Origin: the human T2T-CHM13v2.0 reference genome, Homo sapiens
NCBI RefSeq assembly: GCF_009914755.1
Contig: NC_060935.1
DNA length: 64,000 nucleotides
Strand: one strand, 5' to 3'
Positions within the stretch are counted from its first letter, which is position 1. Each line of letters starts with the position of its first letter. Of the stretch, positions 1 to 14,574 are shown one piece after another. Made by a program: the position numbers and the translations under genes. The notes below the pieces were generated by a model. That model was given only the letters and a program-made list of their open reading frames with translations, did not search any database and was not told where the DNA came from.

Positions 1-1323
1 AAAAATGTCTCCTGTCTTTCTTTCTTTTCCTTGGTAGTCTATGCATGAGGCAAACAAAAATATTTCATTATCTTTTACTATTACATGAAAATCTTGTACC
101 AGGGAGAGAAAGCCAAATTTTACCCTTGCATTAGTTTACTATTGATGTCAACCCCAATTTATTAAATGAAACCTTATAGAAAATTCTATGCAATCTTAAC
201 CAGCTTGACCATGAGCTGAGATTCTTGTAAATCTTTTATAACCCTTTACAAATTTTGCTAATGAGTGGATTAGTGCCTTAAGAAAACCTTTGTGCTTTTA
301 TTTCAATGCTCAATTTACAGAGTTTAGTCAATGTTCACACACAGAATTTTGTTTGCAAGATTAATTTTTAGAAACCTTCTATAACTTGTTTAAACCTTTG
401 TCTTTATCTTATCTAATTTAAAGCAATATTTTATCCCAAGGCAAAAATGTACATTTTCATGCCTTCTTATAATCTTTTACTAAAGACACATTTTACTGTT
501 CTTATACACCTTGCATGTAAATGTATTTTCAGTGGTCTCAATTACATGTTATAATGGTACTTCTTAGCAATTTTTAACTTTAACATAAAATCTGGTAGAT
601 TGTTTTAATTATGCAGTAGGTGCCAATAAAGTTTTACTCCTTCTTGCATGGTGAAGGGTGTGGTTAATTCCATATATCCCCAGGCCTTAACAATTGTGAA
701 GCAGGCAAGTGGAGCAGTTCTCAACAGCTAAAGAAGCAGTTTATAACCTTAAAACATTTAGCAAACCTAGTATCTGACCCGTATAATTTAGACCACCTAT
801 TTACATTTTAACAACATTTGCATTTTACCAGTAATCTTTAAGACTGTTTTTATTTCTCAAAGATTAAAGTCACATGAACTAAAAGGCGTTAAAGCTTTTA
901 TTTTTCCTTCAAAAGTATTTCAGTTAAGCACTTATTTTTCTTTAGACCAATTAATTAGAGCTCTTTTTTATAGATATCATGCACATCACATATATAACTA
1001 CACAGACAGAAGAAGATTCAGTTGTTACAAGATATTTCATTTGCAAATCTCCTAATTGGATTATTGGTCTCTGGGTGGTGCCCTTTAAGAGCAGGGTTAG
1101 GAAAGCATGCTGTTTGTAGGCCCTGATAAACAGACACAGCTGGAAGACAAAACATATTTTGAGAGGGATTTATCTGCCTCTATTTTCTGGGGGTTCCAAG
1201 AGGAAAGCAGAGGTCTCTTTCAAAATGGAATCCACGGTGCCTTTTCTGTTTTTCCCAAGGAGTCTCAGAGCATCAGAAGTTATCTTAGGGCCTTTCATAC
1301 ATGCATTAAGAGTGGCAAGACAA

Positions 1324-1759
<436 letters not shown>

Positions 1760-3641
1760 TTAAGCTGAGTGCTGTTTAAGAAAGTCCTTTTAAGTCCCTT
1801 ATTACCCGATGTTAGCCACACCATGTGTCCAATGTTTCTGGCTTTTGAACTTTACCAAACGTGACCTCACAGGTGAAACCAACAAGCCTCAATTAAGACG
1901 CTAAAAGCACACCAGATTAGCTACAGCTTAAGCCCAGTCTCGTATATTCTTTTTCATTAATCAAAACTTTACAGTAAATATAAACAGTGATCCTTATCAT
2001 TCCTTTTACTGGTTTGCACAGGGAGAGAGGGGCCAAAAGTCCAACAGGTAAAAAATATTTTACCCTTTTGTCAGTGTGTCAGGCTTCTGGGTTCTCTTCC
2101 CCTGAGCTCAATTCTAAGCCAACCAGTGTCAGGTTTTGGAAATTAACTTTTCTCAGTCTGGAGGATGCATCTGAGGGGAGTGTCCTATAGTACAGGGACA
2201 CAGTTACCCATCTGTAAAGAGGGGACAGAGGAGTAAAAAAGAAGGCTTTCTTCTTCCAAAGGAGCCTCAGAGGTTCAGGATGCATTCAAAAGGAAAGCAG
2301 ACTGAAGATGAATGGCTGCTCACCTAGAAAGAGGGGAGCCCTGCATCCCTGGTTCCTTTCTCTTCCTAGGGAATACCCAGGATATGTGAGGGAGAAAAGA
2401 AAAAAACGTCCTTTTTCCTTCTTCTGTCCTTATATTCCCAAGTCCCAGTGACCTTGATAGGGTGCCACCCATGGTTGTCAGTGTGGCTTTCACCCATGCT
2501 AAGGGGAGGCCTAGAGGGTAGGATTATCCACTTTTGCCCACGTACTGCCTTTCCCTCTGCTGTCAGTAGCCTTTGAGTTTCCTAGACCTCATTTATGCCA
2601 TGGATACTAGCATGACCTTTATCCATGAAACAGGAGGCTTGGCTTAATCAGCAAGAATTAGTCATGCTCACCTACATTGTGCCTTTTAACTACTGTTGTC
2701 ATCTCCCTCTGGATCCCTCATATCCAGTTTTCTTTCCTAGGGGTTGAACCCAAGGCTTGGAATTGAGTTTGGGACAAAGGAACTGCCTCAAGGAGGTGCC
2801 TGGTCTCATCAATCCCCCAGTGACCCACACCAGACTGGCTGCTACCTCCTTATCATAAGCCCAGTGCTAAGGTATAACTGTGGAATAGGGTCCTTCTCAA
2901 ACAAGGAAGGGGAAAAGGGTGTCCTGTGAATTGTGGTCCTGGTCTAATAAGATGCTTTTCAAGAAAGAAAAACCTCTCACATAAAAGTTAACTCCCGACA
3001 GGGTGGAGCAAAGGGAAAAAAAAAAGCTTAAGTGCTGGGCCAAGAAGACCTGGGGGAAGAACCTTTTGTTCCTTTGCAAATGGGTTTCTCCAACAGGGAG
3101 AGAAACTTTTGATTGCTGTCAGATCAAGTTGGATTAATTGACCAGGGGAAGAGAAGACTCTGTGGATGTGGATGCATAGTGGGAAATGCTGGCCAGCCGG
3201 CTGCACAGGGCCCAGGTCCCTGAGGCCCCCTTGGGTCCCCGGCATTGGCTGTGGCTCATTCCCATCCTGCATGGCCATTGGATGCCACATAGACATGCAG
3301 TGGACACAGCCATGCACCCCAGCCAAGAGGGAAGTGGGGCAGGGAGCCACCACTCACCCGTATATCCCACATGCACACCTGTGGCCATTGGGATGGTGGT
3401 GGAACACCCCCAATATTGTAAAAGAAAAGATAAATGCTGTTACAGTACCAATAAAAGGAAGGAAAATACCATAGAAAATACAGGGTTGGATTGAGGCCAA
3501 CATTCCCGACCCCTGAGAGTGAGTGGGGTGGGGGACGTGGGGCAGCTTCCCCTGCTCTCAGAAAAAGTCTGAGGATGAGAAAGCTCAGAAATGAAAGGGA
3601 AAGATATTTTTGGGTTCACATTTTACTTACCCTTCCTCATG

Positions 3642-3659
3642 TCCCCATACTGGCCACCA
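3642..3659 (-). promoter_or_regulatory. Retroviral primer-binding site, tRNA-Ile type
   Basis: Plus strand TCCCCATACTGGCCACCA versus the recalled tRNA-Ile(AAU) 3' end TCCCCGTAC(T/G)GGCCACCA; the clear difference is a CpG-type G>A. Lies 3 nt from the LTR end. Confidence 0.85.
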
Positions 3660-3662
3660 AAA

Positions 3663-4122
3663 TGATGCAGGATTTTTTCTCCTTAGTTCAGCTGAATCCC
3701 GGTTCTTATCTCACAACCAGGAAAAATTAGGTACATGGACACACTGAAAGGTGAGGAGGGCAGAATTTTTATTAAGTGAAAAGAAAGCTGTCAACAAAAA
3801 AAGGGGTCCTGCATGCAGGTTTCCCCCTCACACACTGAATACCAGGCCACCACATACGAGTGGAAGAAGCCACGCTCTTCCCCAGCATAAGGCACACATT
3901 CCTGGTGGCTCTACCCAATTCCTCCAGTGCGCATGTGGGCCCTTGGTCTGAGCCAGTCCACATTGATTTATTTCCTTTACAGGGCATGTGCTAAGGGATA
4001 GAATTTTTCACCATGGGCATGTTTAGGCAAGCCCCCTATGCACAATGACTTGTGTGGGTCAGAGGTTCTCTGAGGACACTTCCCTATTTGCCTAGGCATT
4101 TGGCTGTCTCCTGCCTCTATCA
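3663..4122 (-). mobile_element. 5' LTR, MER61-like (ERV1)
   Basis: TG...CA termini; minus strand begins TGATAGAGGCAGGAGACAGCCAAATGCCTAGGC (MER61-type start); minus-strand AATAAA at 3768-3773; carries the p53 site typical of MER61. Confidence 0.8.
4015..4034. promoter_or_regulatory. Perfect p53 response element
   Basis: GGGCATGTTT AGGCAAGCCC = RRRCWWGYYY twice, zero spacer, 20/20 match. Confidence 0.85.
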
Positions 4123-5248
4123 GGAATTTAACTCTGTCAATGCAGTCTTTTTTGCATTATTAACTGAAGAAAAATGGGTCCCCTTTAAAGATTTTTTTTT
4201 TTTAAGATTTGGAAACAAAAAGAAGCCAGAAACAGCCAAATCAAGACTGTAAGAGGAATGCCTAATGATTTCCCATTGAAACTCTTACAAAATTGCCCTT
4301 GTTTGATGAGAGGAATGAGCAGGAGTGTTGTAGCAGTAGAGAAAGACTTTCTGGTGAAGCTTTCCCAGGTGCTTTTCTGCTAAAGTTTTGACTTTCTCAA
4401 AACACTCTCATAGTAAGCAGATGAAATCATTGTTTTGTCCTCCAGAAATTCAACAAGCAGGGTGCTCTGAGGATCCCAAGAAACTGTTACCATGAGCCTT
4501 GCTCTTGACTGGTGCACTTTGGCTTTCACTGGAGCACCTCCACTTTGTCTTGGTAGCCATTGCTTTGATTGTGCCTTGTTTTTGGAATCATACTGGCAAA
4601 GCCTTGTTTCAATTCTTCAAAAAAATGCTTCAGGATCTTGCTCCCACTTGTTCAAAACTTCCATTGAAAGCTCTGCTTTTGTCTGTAGCTTATGTGGGTG
4701 CTAGAGGTTTGGCACCCATTGAGGGGAAAGCTTGCTCAATATTAATGTTTTAAGTCAGAATTTGGTAAGCTGAACTAATTGAGAAGACTATGGCATTTGC
4801 TATTGTTTCTGCTGTTAATCATCAGTCTCTTCAATTAGGACACAAAAAAGATGAATTTTTTCATAACAAATTGATGTGAATATCCTGCCCTGGGCTTCGT
4901 CTTCAACATTGTCTCCTCTTTTCTTAAATTCAGTTATTCATTTGTAAACTACTGATTTCTTTAGGGCATTGTTCTCATAAACTTTTTGTAAAGCGTCAGT
5001 GATTTCACCATTTTCCACCCAAGCTTCAACATAAATTTGATGTTTGTTCTTGCTTCTATTTTACCAGAATTTGTGTTGCTCTGTTAAAGGCTTTTTTCAA
5101 AATGTCTTATTGTTCTTAGTGCCTCAAACTAGATCCTGTTCAGAAGTTTTATAACCAGTTAGTATGAGTTTATTTTGATGCAAAAAAATTAAAATTCAAG
5201 GTTTTTTTTATAATAAGTATTTTCTATGATCATTTTAAATACTTCTTG
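4123..5248 (-). mobile_element. HSMAR2 mariner DNA transposon with decayed transposase, cut near its 3' end by the ERV
   Basis: Minus strand matches the recalled HSMAR2 5' end (...TGAACAGGATCTAGTTTGAGGCACTAAGAA...); WVP motif at 4710-4718; YSLDLAV (YSPDLAP-like) at 4231-4251; flanking TA at 5249-5250. Confidence 0.88.
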
Positions 5249-5261
5249 TATTTACACTTCA

Positions 5262-5490
5262 TGGAGCCCTTAGTGTATGCTAATCACTCTTCCAGATGCT
5301 TTGTATATATTGTTTCATGTCATCCTCACAATATCCTTGGAGGGTAGGTATTATTATCCCCATTCACAGACAAGAAAATGACTTATAGAAAGATTGAGTA
5401 ACTTGCCTAAGGAAAGACAGTTAAAAAGTGACGGAATGAGACTATAAACCAGGTATTCTGACTCTAGCAGAAGGTGAGCACTTAAACCAT
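5262..5490 (-). mobile_element. MIR
   Basis: Reverse-complement MIR core ATCCTCACAA...GGTAGGTATTATTATCCCCATT...TAACTTGCCTAAGG. Confidence 0.75.
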
Positions 5491-6385
5491 GGGCTATATG
5501 TAGGAAAATAATCTAAATCTGCCTGGCAATTAAGCACTTGCAAGTCACCTTCTTATACCTTGTCTCCTTGGCCCTTCACACCTTCCCTATGGCAGAGAGC
5601 GTGTTAGGCCCACGAAAAAGCTGGGACACAGAGAAAGTTTCTCTTAGGTTTTATAATCTCCCTTTCTGCTCAGACCTCCTGTACCCAGGGTATGAGTCTT
5701 CCAGTGCCCCACCCTCTCAGTGTTACCTTCCCATGCCCAGTAACTTCATCTGCCCTCCGTTTTAGGGTGCCATCTATGGTTACCCTCTGAACTTTGTGAT
5801 CGTGCCCGCTGTCTCTAGCTCTTCAGTCACTGAATCAGAAAATTTAGTGAAATTCAGTCACTAAATCCTTCCCAGCTTGAGTTATTTCTCTTCTTTGACC
5901 TCACTGGAACCTAAAGCTCCTTGAATGCCCTACTTTTCCTCAATCCCTTAGCTACACCCTTTCTTCACTTTCTTCCCCTTCTTCCCCATCCAGCCTAGAT
6001 GTGGCAATGCATGGCTTCATCTATCACTGTCAGACTCTTCAACCTCCTTACCCCACTGTCCTCCTATCACATTCTCCTGGAAAAACTCCACTCCAGAAAA
6101 AATTCACATCTTAAGAGTTTACACTTGCTGCTGTTGGGGAAAATCATATATTTCTATACAGTGGTGCTTTCACAAATTCATGATCTCTCACCTCACCCAG
6201 ACCTACCAAAAAAAGTGACAGTCCTCTGTCCCTGTTTTTCTATTCCTCCCATTCTCTATAGCGGCTATTTCCAATTTTCTCCATTCCACACAAGCCTTTA
6301 CTGTGTCTTTCTTACTCAAGAGGATTATTGGCATTTTTCCTTTGGCAAACTCTTTCTAGGTTTCAGCTCAAAAATTATTTTCTCT

Positions 6386-6717
<332 letters not shown>

Positions 6718-6732
6718 ATTATCTTTTCATAG

Positions 6733-7062
<330 letters not shown>

Positions 7063-7094
7063 CCACGTGTTTTTATTACCTGTTTAACTTTACC

Positions 7095-8600
7095 ATTATC
7101 AGTAAGTTTCCTGAGGTCAGACAACATGTATTGTACCTCCAGCAACTACACATTTTAGTAGATGCCCAATAAATATTTGTTGAGAAAACAGATGAATAAA
7201 TAAATTAATGAATGAAGAAAACATAAGTATACCATCATACGAGAGCTCTCATAACTTTTTGCCACCAAAGCTGTGAGTCCCGCTTCCCTTCCACCTTCAA
7301 TCCTCTTAAAGAAAAGCTATTCCACCCAAAGCTAGATCTTCTAGCAATGCTATGGACTTTGTTCACACCTATCTTCTCAGTAACGCCATTTGATAATTTT
7401 TCTTGTCTTTCCTATGCCTTCAGTCTCTCACTTTCTATTTCCCTTCAGCAATGGAACGTGATCAAATCTATTTCATATTTAAAATCATTGATTTCTTGTC
7501 CAAATTCTGTTCTGTCTCTTCCCTGTGATAGCCACAAAGAATTCCTAGGCATTATTTATACTTGTTGTCGCTTCTTTTTCATTCTGCATTTAGTCCTTCC
7601 TCAGAGTGCCTGGCCTCTGTCCTGCCACTCCACTGAAAATGGGAGATCTCACCAAGATGACCACTGGCTCTGCTCTTGTTCTTTCCAAGGGGGAACTTTG
7701 CACTTGACCCACCTGACCTCCTCAAGTCACTCAGCACCTATCTCCTTGCTTCTGCAAACCTTAGTTCCCGGATTCTCTGGGCCTATCTCCCTGTCTTTCA
7801 TGGTGTTCTTTGGGATTCTACTTCCTCTGACAGTAACAGCAGTATTGGTGTCCCCCAGGCGTTGCTTGTTGAGTCCATCATGCTCCAAGGTTCCAGTGCC
7901 AGCTATATGCTGATGACTCCCTCATCGATGGCTCCAGCTTAGTCTCTCCCAACCCTCAGTCATTGTTTTCTTGATGTTTCCATGTAAAGATCTACAGACC
8001 TCTCAAATTCAGTGGGCCTAAACTGACAGTATGATCTTTTCCTCAAGCTCAGTTTCCATATAGTAGTGGTCCCTTGCCAAGAGGATAAAACCAGAGACCT
8101 TGGTATCACCCCAAGTCCTCCATTTTGACTTCCCAAATCTGTCTGAAAACTAAACATTTCTTTCCATCCCCATCACTCCTTGGATAACTCAAGCTGCCTG
8201 ATCTCTCATTGGGATTATTATGGCAACCCCTAACTGGCCTTCCCACCTCAGGCTGGCCCTGATCCAATTCATTCTCCATGCTGCAGCTAGAAAGAGCCTT
8301 TGAAATGGAAATATGATTCTATCCTTACACTTTTTAGAAGTTTCCATTGGCATTCTCATTATATTTGGGATAAAATCTCACCTTTATAGCTTGGTTTTGG
8401 GTGCCCTAAGCCTTCCATCATCTGATGTCTTACATGTTTCATTTCTACCCTCGAATCTTCACCTATTCACTCTGTACCTCTCCACATACTCCTGATAACC
8501 CACATTCAACTCTGGCAATACAGACTCTTTCCTGTTTCTCTCCATGTTCTCTCTTGCATCTAGACCTTTGCACATGCTGTTTCCTCTGCCTGGTCTGTAT
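7095..8600 (+). mobile_element. L2 fragments
   Basis: L2 tail (AATAAATATTTGTTGA...AATGAATGAA, ~7170-7215) and body motifs TATATGCTGATGACTCCC, CTTTGCACATGCTGTTTCCTCTGCCTGG. Confidence 0.65.
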
Positions 8601-9136
8601 TAGACATGCATGCTTTCTGAGCCCACAAGGGCATGAAACACTAGAAAGAGCACAAGATTTGGAACCAGAGACTCAGCTTAGCAGCTTATTTTTCATCTCT
8701 CTGTCATTCATTGTTCCATCCAACAGATATTGGACTGAGCAGTCTTCTCTTCCTCCCTTCCTCCAAAACACACTTTGCCTGGTATCTCCTGCCCATCTTC
8801 ATGCTGCACTTTAGACATCAACCACCCAGAATAGCTTTCTTTAACACACACACATACACATTTATAAATCTGTCTTTTTTGATATTGCATTGTACCCTGA
8901 AATTCTCTATCAGAGCAATTTCTTTCAGTCAGCAAATATGTGTTGGATGCCTTTCTTTGTAGAAGGCATTGTGTTGGGCACTGTTTACTTGTCTATGTCA
9001 CCAACAGGGTGGCATGCTTCCTGAGGGCTGTGACAGTGACTATTTCACAATTTCATATGCCAGTAACTAGTACTACTCTTGGGTTAGGGTAGATTCTCAA
9101 AAATATTGTAGATTCTCAAAATATATGTATTTATGT

Positions 9137-9533
9137 TGTTAAAAGAAAAACTTTAGCTGAATTAAATTTCAGAGTTTAATTGAGCAAAGAGCCAATTAAA
9201 TCCGGTAGTTTCCTGAGCCAGAGTAGGCTCCAAGACTCCAGCGCAGCTACGTGGTGAAGACTTATGGGCAGAAAAAGGAAAGTGATGAACAGAAAACGGA
9301 AGTGAGATACAGAAACCGCCGGTTTGGTTACAGCTCAGCGTTTGCCTTATGTAAACATGGTTTAAACAGTTGGCCACCTTTGATTGGCCAAAAACCCAGT
9401 GATTGGCACAAGAGTAGGCTACAGTCTCTTTACAGTTTTATCTAGGTTATAGTTCACAATGCACAGAGAAATCTTTAGGCTGAACTTAAAATATATAAGG
9501 AGGCAGCTTTAGGCTAAACTTGATTATTTAACA
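9137..9533 (-). mobile_element. MER57 solo LTR (ERV1)
   Basis: TG...CA ends; minus strand has AGTTTAGCCTAAAGCTGCCTCCTTA near its start; 4-bp TSD ATGT at 9133-9136 and 9534-9537; inserted in an L2 tail. Confidence 0.88.
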
Positions 9534-12500
9534 ATGTATTGATTTGCTGGCTGGATGGATAGAAAGGTGGAAAGATAAGTTGGCAAGCTGGATTTCTGGT
9601 TCCATGTCTTGTGCTCTTCCTAGGGCACCTTGCTCTTGTGGGCTCAGAAACTATGTGTTCCTATGACAGACCTTCAGATACCCCTCAGGGAGCACTTGCT
9701 GTCCTCCATGGGTGCAGCACTTCCTGTCTGTGGCTACTCGGGTGTCTCTCTCTCATTTTTCCCTGCCAGACTCTCAACCCTTAAAGATTTTAGTCCTTCT
9801 CTTTAGGAAGACCAAAAATGAATGAGAGTGGCATGGATTTGAAGGATGAGATGACTGAAAGGAAGAGCTGACTGATTTGTTTAGATTGAGTAGTGCATTG
9901 AGGACACTGGTCCCCAGGTGTTGGTAAATAGAAGCCCCTTAAGCAGAGGAGCAGCAGGCTTTTCCTCCTCTTTCATTATGGTGATGATTATTATTTTTGT
10001 GGTTCCCATGGAAACAACCAGAGAGAGAGAACAAAAATGTCAGGGAGGTTAGAATGATGAGATGGCCCCCATATGCTTAAGAAGACTATGTGAGTCCATG
10101 TGTGCATCAGTGTGTATGTGTGTGTGTGTGTGCACTGCCTGCACGTTCTGCTCCAGCACACTGCTGGGTCAGGAGAAGTTGTGATGCTTATTCATGGCAT
10201 TTGTTACAGTCAGTCTCAGCAAGGAGACAACTCTCAGCTTTTAGTGGTTAGGGAGTCTCTGTAGTGACAGCTCCATCATTGCAGGGAGAGGACAAACAGA
10301 GATGGAGACATTCCTCATGTGAGCCAGAGGAGTGTCAAAGAAGAAGACAGCTCAAAACTGGAGTTGCCGGCCTGCTCGGCGCTCCCCTCTTTTTGTCTGA
10401 GAGGGCTCACTCTGGGCACCTACTTTGTGGCTGCAGTGGGTACATTGAAGGCAGCTGTCTGCAGATCTGAGGATCCTTGAGCTCTTCATCTGCTGCTCAC
10501 ACTTTTACTTCTCCCCGCCTTTCTGATTCTTTGCCTAATTTGGGAGTGGGAAGAAAATCCAGCCTAGGGCTCTTCTCAGAATGGTCAGCCAGAGCATTAA
10601 CATCTTGAGCACCGAGAGAGTTGCAGGAGCCCCTCCACAGGAACCCTTTCATCCACTGTCTCCGCCAAGGCTCTGCAGGGACTGGCGGCTACCTCTTCCG
10701 CATCATTTGTGGCCAGGATGTTCAGGAAGCACAAGGCTGTAAGTGGTGTCTTAACCACAGAAGGCATAGAGAGAAACAGACTTGAAAGCCCTGAACTGAG
10801 AGGGAATTCATTCTGATTGAGAGGAGAACACAGAAGACCAGAACTAAAGAAGACATTGGGACAAAGGCAGCTGCTGTCCATTTCAGGCTGAGTTTTCTCT
10901 TCAGTAGTCGGCATGCATGTCCAAAAAGCTCAGGACTCCATCCCCCAGCCATCCTTGTGTCTAGGCGTGGTTGTCACCCACATGGTTATGTGTGCTACTT
11001 CCAGACTTTCCACCAGCTGTGTATCATCATGCAGCGTGATCCTAGAAGACACGTATTAGAAAGGGAGGAAACTCCATTAACCTGGGGTGCTTCAAAACTG
11101 CCCAGAGCAGATTTGGCTCTGGCCGTAGCCCTGCCTAATGACCAGGAACACCCACACTGTACTCTACCTGGGCCAAAAAGACTCTTCTCGTGTGTCAGCT
11201 GCGGACACTTTGGAGTTGATTAGTTCCAGTACTGACTACTGCCCTAACTGCTGCAGCATCCCGCTGTGGGAGGAAGCAGGATGTCATTTCTATCCCAACC
11301 CCTCTGCCCCCAGGCCCCATGATCTGCCACAGCTCCTCTCTGACAGAGTGCAGTCAAGCCTCAGTGACAGATTCTGTCTCCTAGGCCACTCTTCTTTTCC
11401 TTCAACACCATTCCATTGACTTTCTCTCCCCATACTTTTTAGTCTTTTTTCCCCCCTTGAATGATTTTCTTCTTTATCTTTCTGACCAGCGACCTTTGAT
11501 TGCAAGGAGCAACTCAGTTTCACATTACTAGAGTAACAGAGTGTGTTGTAATTGGCCGGGCATTGGTCTTGAAATGTCAGGGAAAGATTTATTTCCTAGT
11601 GCAACCTCTCTGGGTGCTAATTTTGCTATAGGCTGCAGGATAATGGTTCCCGCTCACAATGGGCGAGAGTTCCTAATCAGAATACAGGGCTGTAATTGGG
11701 TTGAAGGGATTTTAAATCATTAAAGTTGCATTTAGAATGGGGAATAGAAATAGAACCCCAAGATTGAATGACTCACTTAGTATTTAATGAGGGAGCCATG
11801 GAGTATTACTTATAATATTCGCCTAATGATCTTACAAGCAATGTAACTCCCCCCGCCCTCTAGGGCCTATTCACAAGGCACAATTCTGCAGTCTCAGACC
11901 CACCACTCTGGAGCAATTAATTACTGACCCATCAAGGAGCAATCAGGCTCCGCTCGGCCAGCAGAAGCGCTGATTTCTTCCCCCAGTGTCTCCTCACTCT
12001 TCATCTTCCTGCCTGCCTTGGTCTAGGGCCTGCGGGGAGGGGAGTCGACATTTACAAGCCATAAATCATCATGCAGTTTTTGGAAAACCCAGCTCACTAT
12101 GAGAGGAACAGGGTGACCAAGGGTACCTGTGGAGAGTCTGAGAGGAGAAGGCATCAGAAGGAGGCTATGCTGGCCCTGGGAGTGTACAGTCTACAGGTTT
12201 CAGAGGATGTTCTCTGGTGCTGCAGACACTAAGTGTCTAGCACATAGTAGGCACTAAATAAATTGCAGCTTCCCATGATATGACTATGACCAAGGGTTAC
12301 TAACCCAGCTGAATAGATTTGTTTCAGGTGGCGTGAAGCTCCAGCAGTTATTTTGGACTTAATCTCTAGGTAGATCTGTAAGACCAATGTTCCTGTAAAT
12401 GGAATTCCTGAGAATTTAGGTTACAGAGAGGCTGCTTAAGACATATGTACCCCTTCCTTCTGCAGGTTCAGAAACAGCTCAGCTCTCTAGAGAGAGCACG

Positions 12501-14027
12501 CAAGTGTTGTGTGTGTGGTGGTCGTGTCATTGCTAATGGTCCTTCCTAAAGGGAACACACATTTGGGAGTGTGATTGACCTGGTCGAGTGGCACTGGAAC
12601 CACAGCAGGTCACTGATCCTGAGTTAGCCTCACTTGGCTGTTGGTGCCACGTCGGCCAGGATGCTGGGGACACTCAGTCTGTGTTGCACTGGAGGCCAGG
12701 ATGCTCCTGGGTGCTGATGGCTCACTGTTCTAAATCTCATCAGGGAATGTCACTTGTCCGTCCTGTGTCAGGCCTCAGAAAGACGACTTCCATCTCTTCT
12801 AGTATTTCAAGTAAAACAAAGTCTATGGGTTTCTTTGGTGATACCTCAGTTGTAACTTCTATTGTGTTGACATAACAACTGAGATATCATAATGAGTAAA
12901 TAACACTGATATGACCTCCTAGGTCAGGCTGGCCTGGGAAAAAGCTTTCTATTTGAGAATGTCTTGAACATAGAGCCTGGAAGGTAGTAGAGACTTCGTG
13001 AACACTCGTGAACTTCTGATGAAAGGGCTTCTCCTCAAATACTTGGATCTGATAGCTTCATGCAGGTCATTGTGATGAGGACCTTTTCCATAAAGGAGCC
13101 AGAGGGAAAAGGGTTCCGGCATTGGTTGAGTTCCTCCCACTTGGGCAGATGGTAGGCTGCTCATCACACTAAAGTGGACTCATCCGTGATGCCCGTTTTG
13201 CAATTGAGGCAAACTTTACCCTTGGGAATAAACTAAAATATTCTACCAGTTCTGCTTTTGCCCAATTAAGGCAAAGAAAGATTCGTGGCAAGTATTTTGC
13301 TGTAACAGGTATTGTTATGAATATCCATTGATCCTGCTAGAAATAAATCTGTCATGATGTGGAAAGTTAAAACAGCTAGGATATTCTTTAATTATGAGGT
13401 GTTGACTGATTTAAATTTAGTAACTGTTAAAATATCAGTAGTTATATCATTAGTTTACCAAAAATTAAAAGTGATAATGCCTGCTTCATACAAATCAGAG
13501 CCAAACAGTGTAACTTTGTGCATGAAAGAACATGCTGTGCTTGATGTAATTAGTATATTCCCCCAAAATTGTGACTCATGATAAATCTAATAATATCTTA
13601 AATGCAAAAAAGGTAGTCCAATATTTTAAAGAATCCCATAGAGAATCTTTTGTGTGAAGAGCCTTTGGCGTTGCGGCCATCTCCATTAATTCATCTATTC
13701 TGAAACTTCTGGGGTCTGTGCTTTTCCTATAAAGAAGGCCACCTCTGTGCATGCTTCATGGGTGGCAGCTGTCTCCTACCCACGTGCTTGAATGACGAGA
13801 CTAATGCTCTAGACCACGCACCTCAGTTGCCTGCAGATAGTGTCCCTGTCCCGATCTAATGCCAATGTCTTAGCTTTGCCTTTTCAGTCTTCTATTTCAA
13901 CTCCAGGCAAGTCTGGCTACTAGCCCATAAAGTGCCTTTTAAGAAGTGGGAAACTTGCCCCCGTAGGCAAATATAGCCCCACAAGTACAAGGCGTGGTGA
14001 ACTTGTAGCATCTCTATGTGAATTCCG

Positions 14028-14161
14028 TCAGGAGATGTAGCCCCAACCTGGGGTTGATAGCTTAACAAGCAAATAGTACCTGGACTTCAGCCTCACATGC
14101 TTCCTTGGCCAGGCACCCTTGTGCAGTGAACAACCTGCACAACCTGTATACAGCAGCCCTG
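14028..14161 (-). mobile_element. MER91-like hAT-Tip100 MITE
   Basis: Terminal TTGTGCAGTGAACAACCTGCACAACCTGTATACAGCAGCCCTG. Confidence 0.55.
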
Positions 14162-14574
14162 CAGCTTGGACTGTTTTGATCACAACCAGAGCAATGTCCA
14201 AATAATCTGCCAAATATTTGTGCAAACATTATGTTCATGTTTAATCGGGAGCGATAGTTTTGTCTTCTTTATAAAAGGAGCAAATCCCCAGAAGCTGGTC
14301 AGGAGCACCAGCTGTTTACTGCCTGCAGAAGCCGCTGCTTATCTCCTTGTAACCACCTGCCTCTTAGAGATCATGTCTTAATTAACTCAGTGTTATCAAA
14401 ACTGAAATTGTAGCAACACCTGTAACATCAAATTGTAAATGAGAGATAAAGGGGGAAAAACTCTGCTGACCAAGAAAGGGAGCTTGGAAACTCTCTCTTG
14501 AGCTGTAGGTAGTTGGCTCCAGGTTGATTGGTGGCAGTCTGCTGAGAATTAGAATCAGAGACTCATACATTATT

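Noticed and set aside
7347-7913. 188-aa ORF
   Set aside because: Lies in pyrimidine-rich decayed L2 sequence; Leu/Ser/Phe-biased with no recognisable domain.
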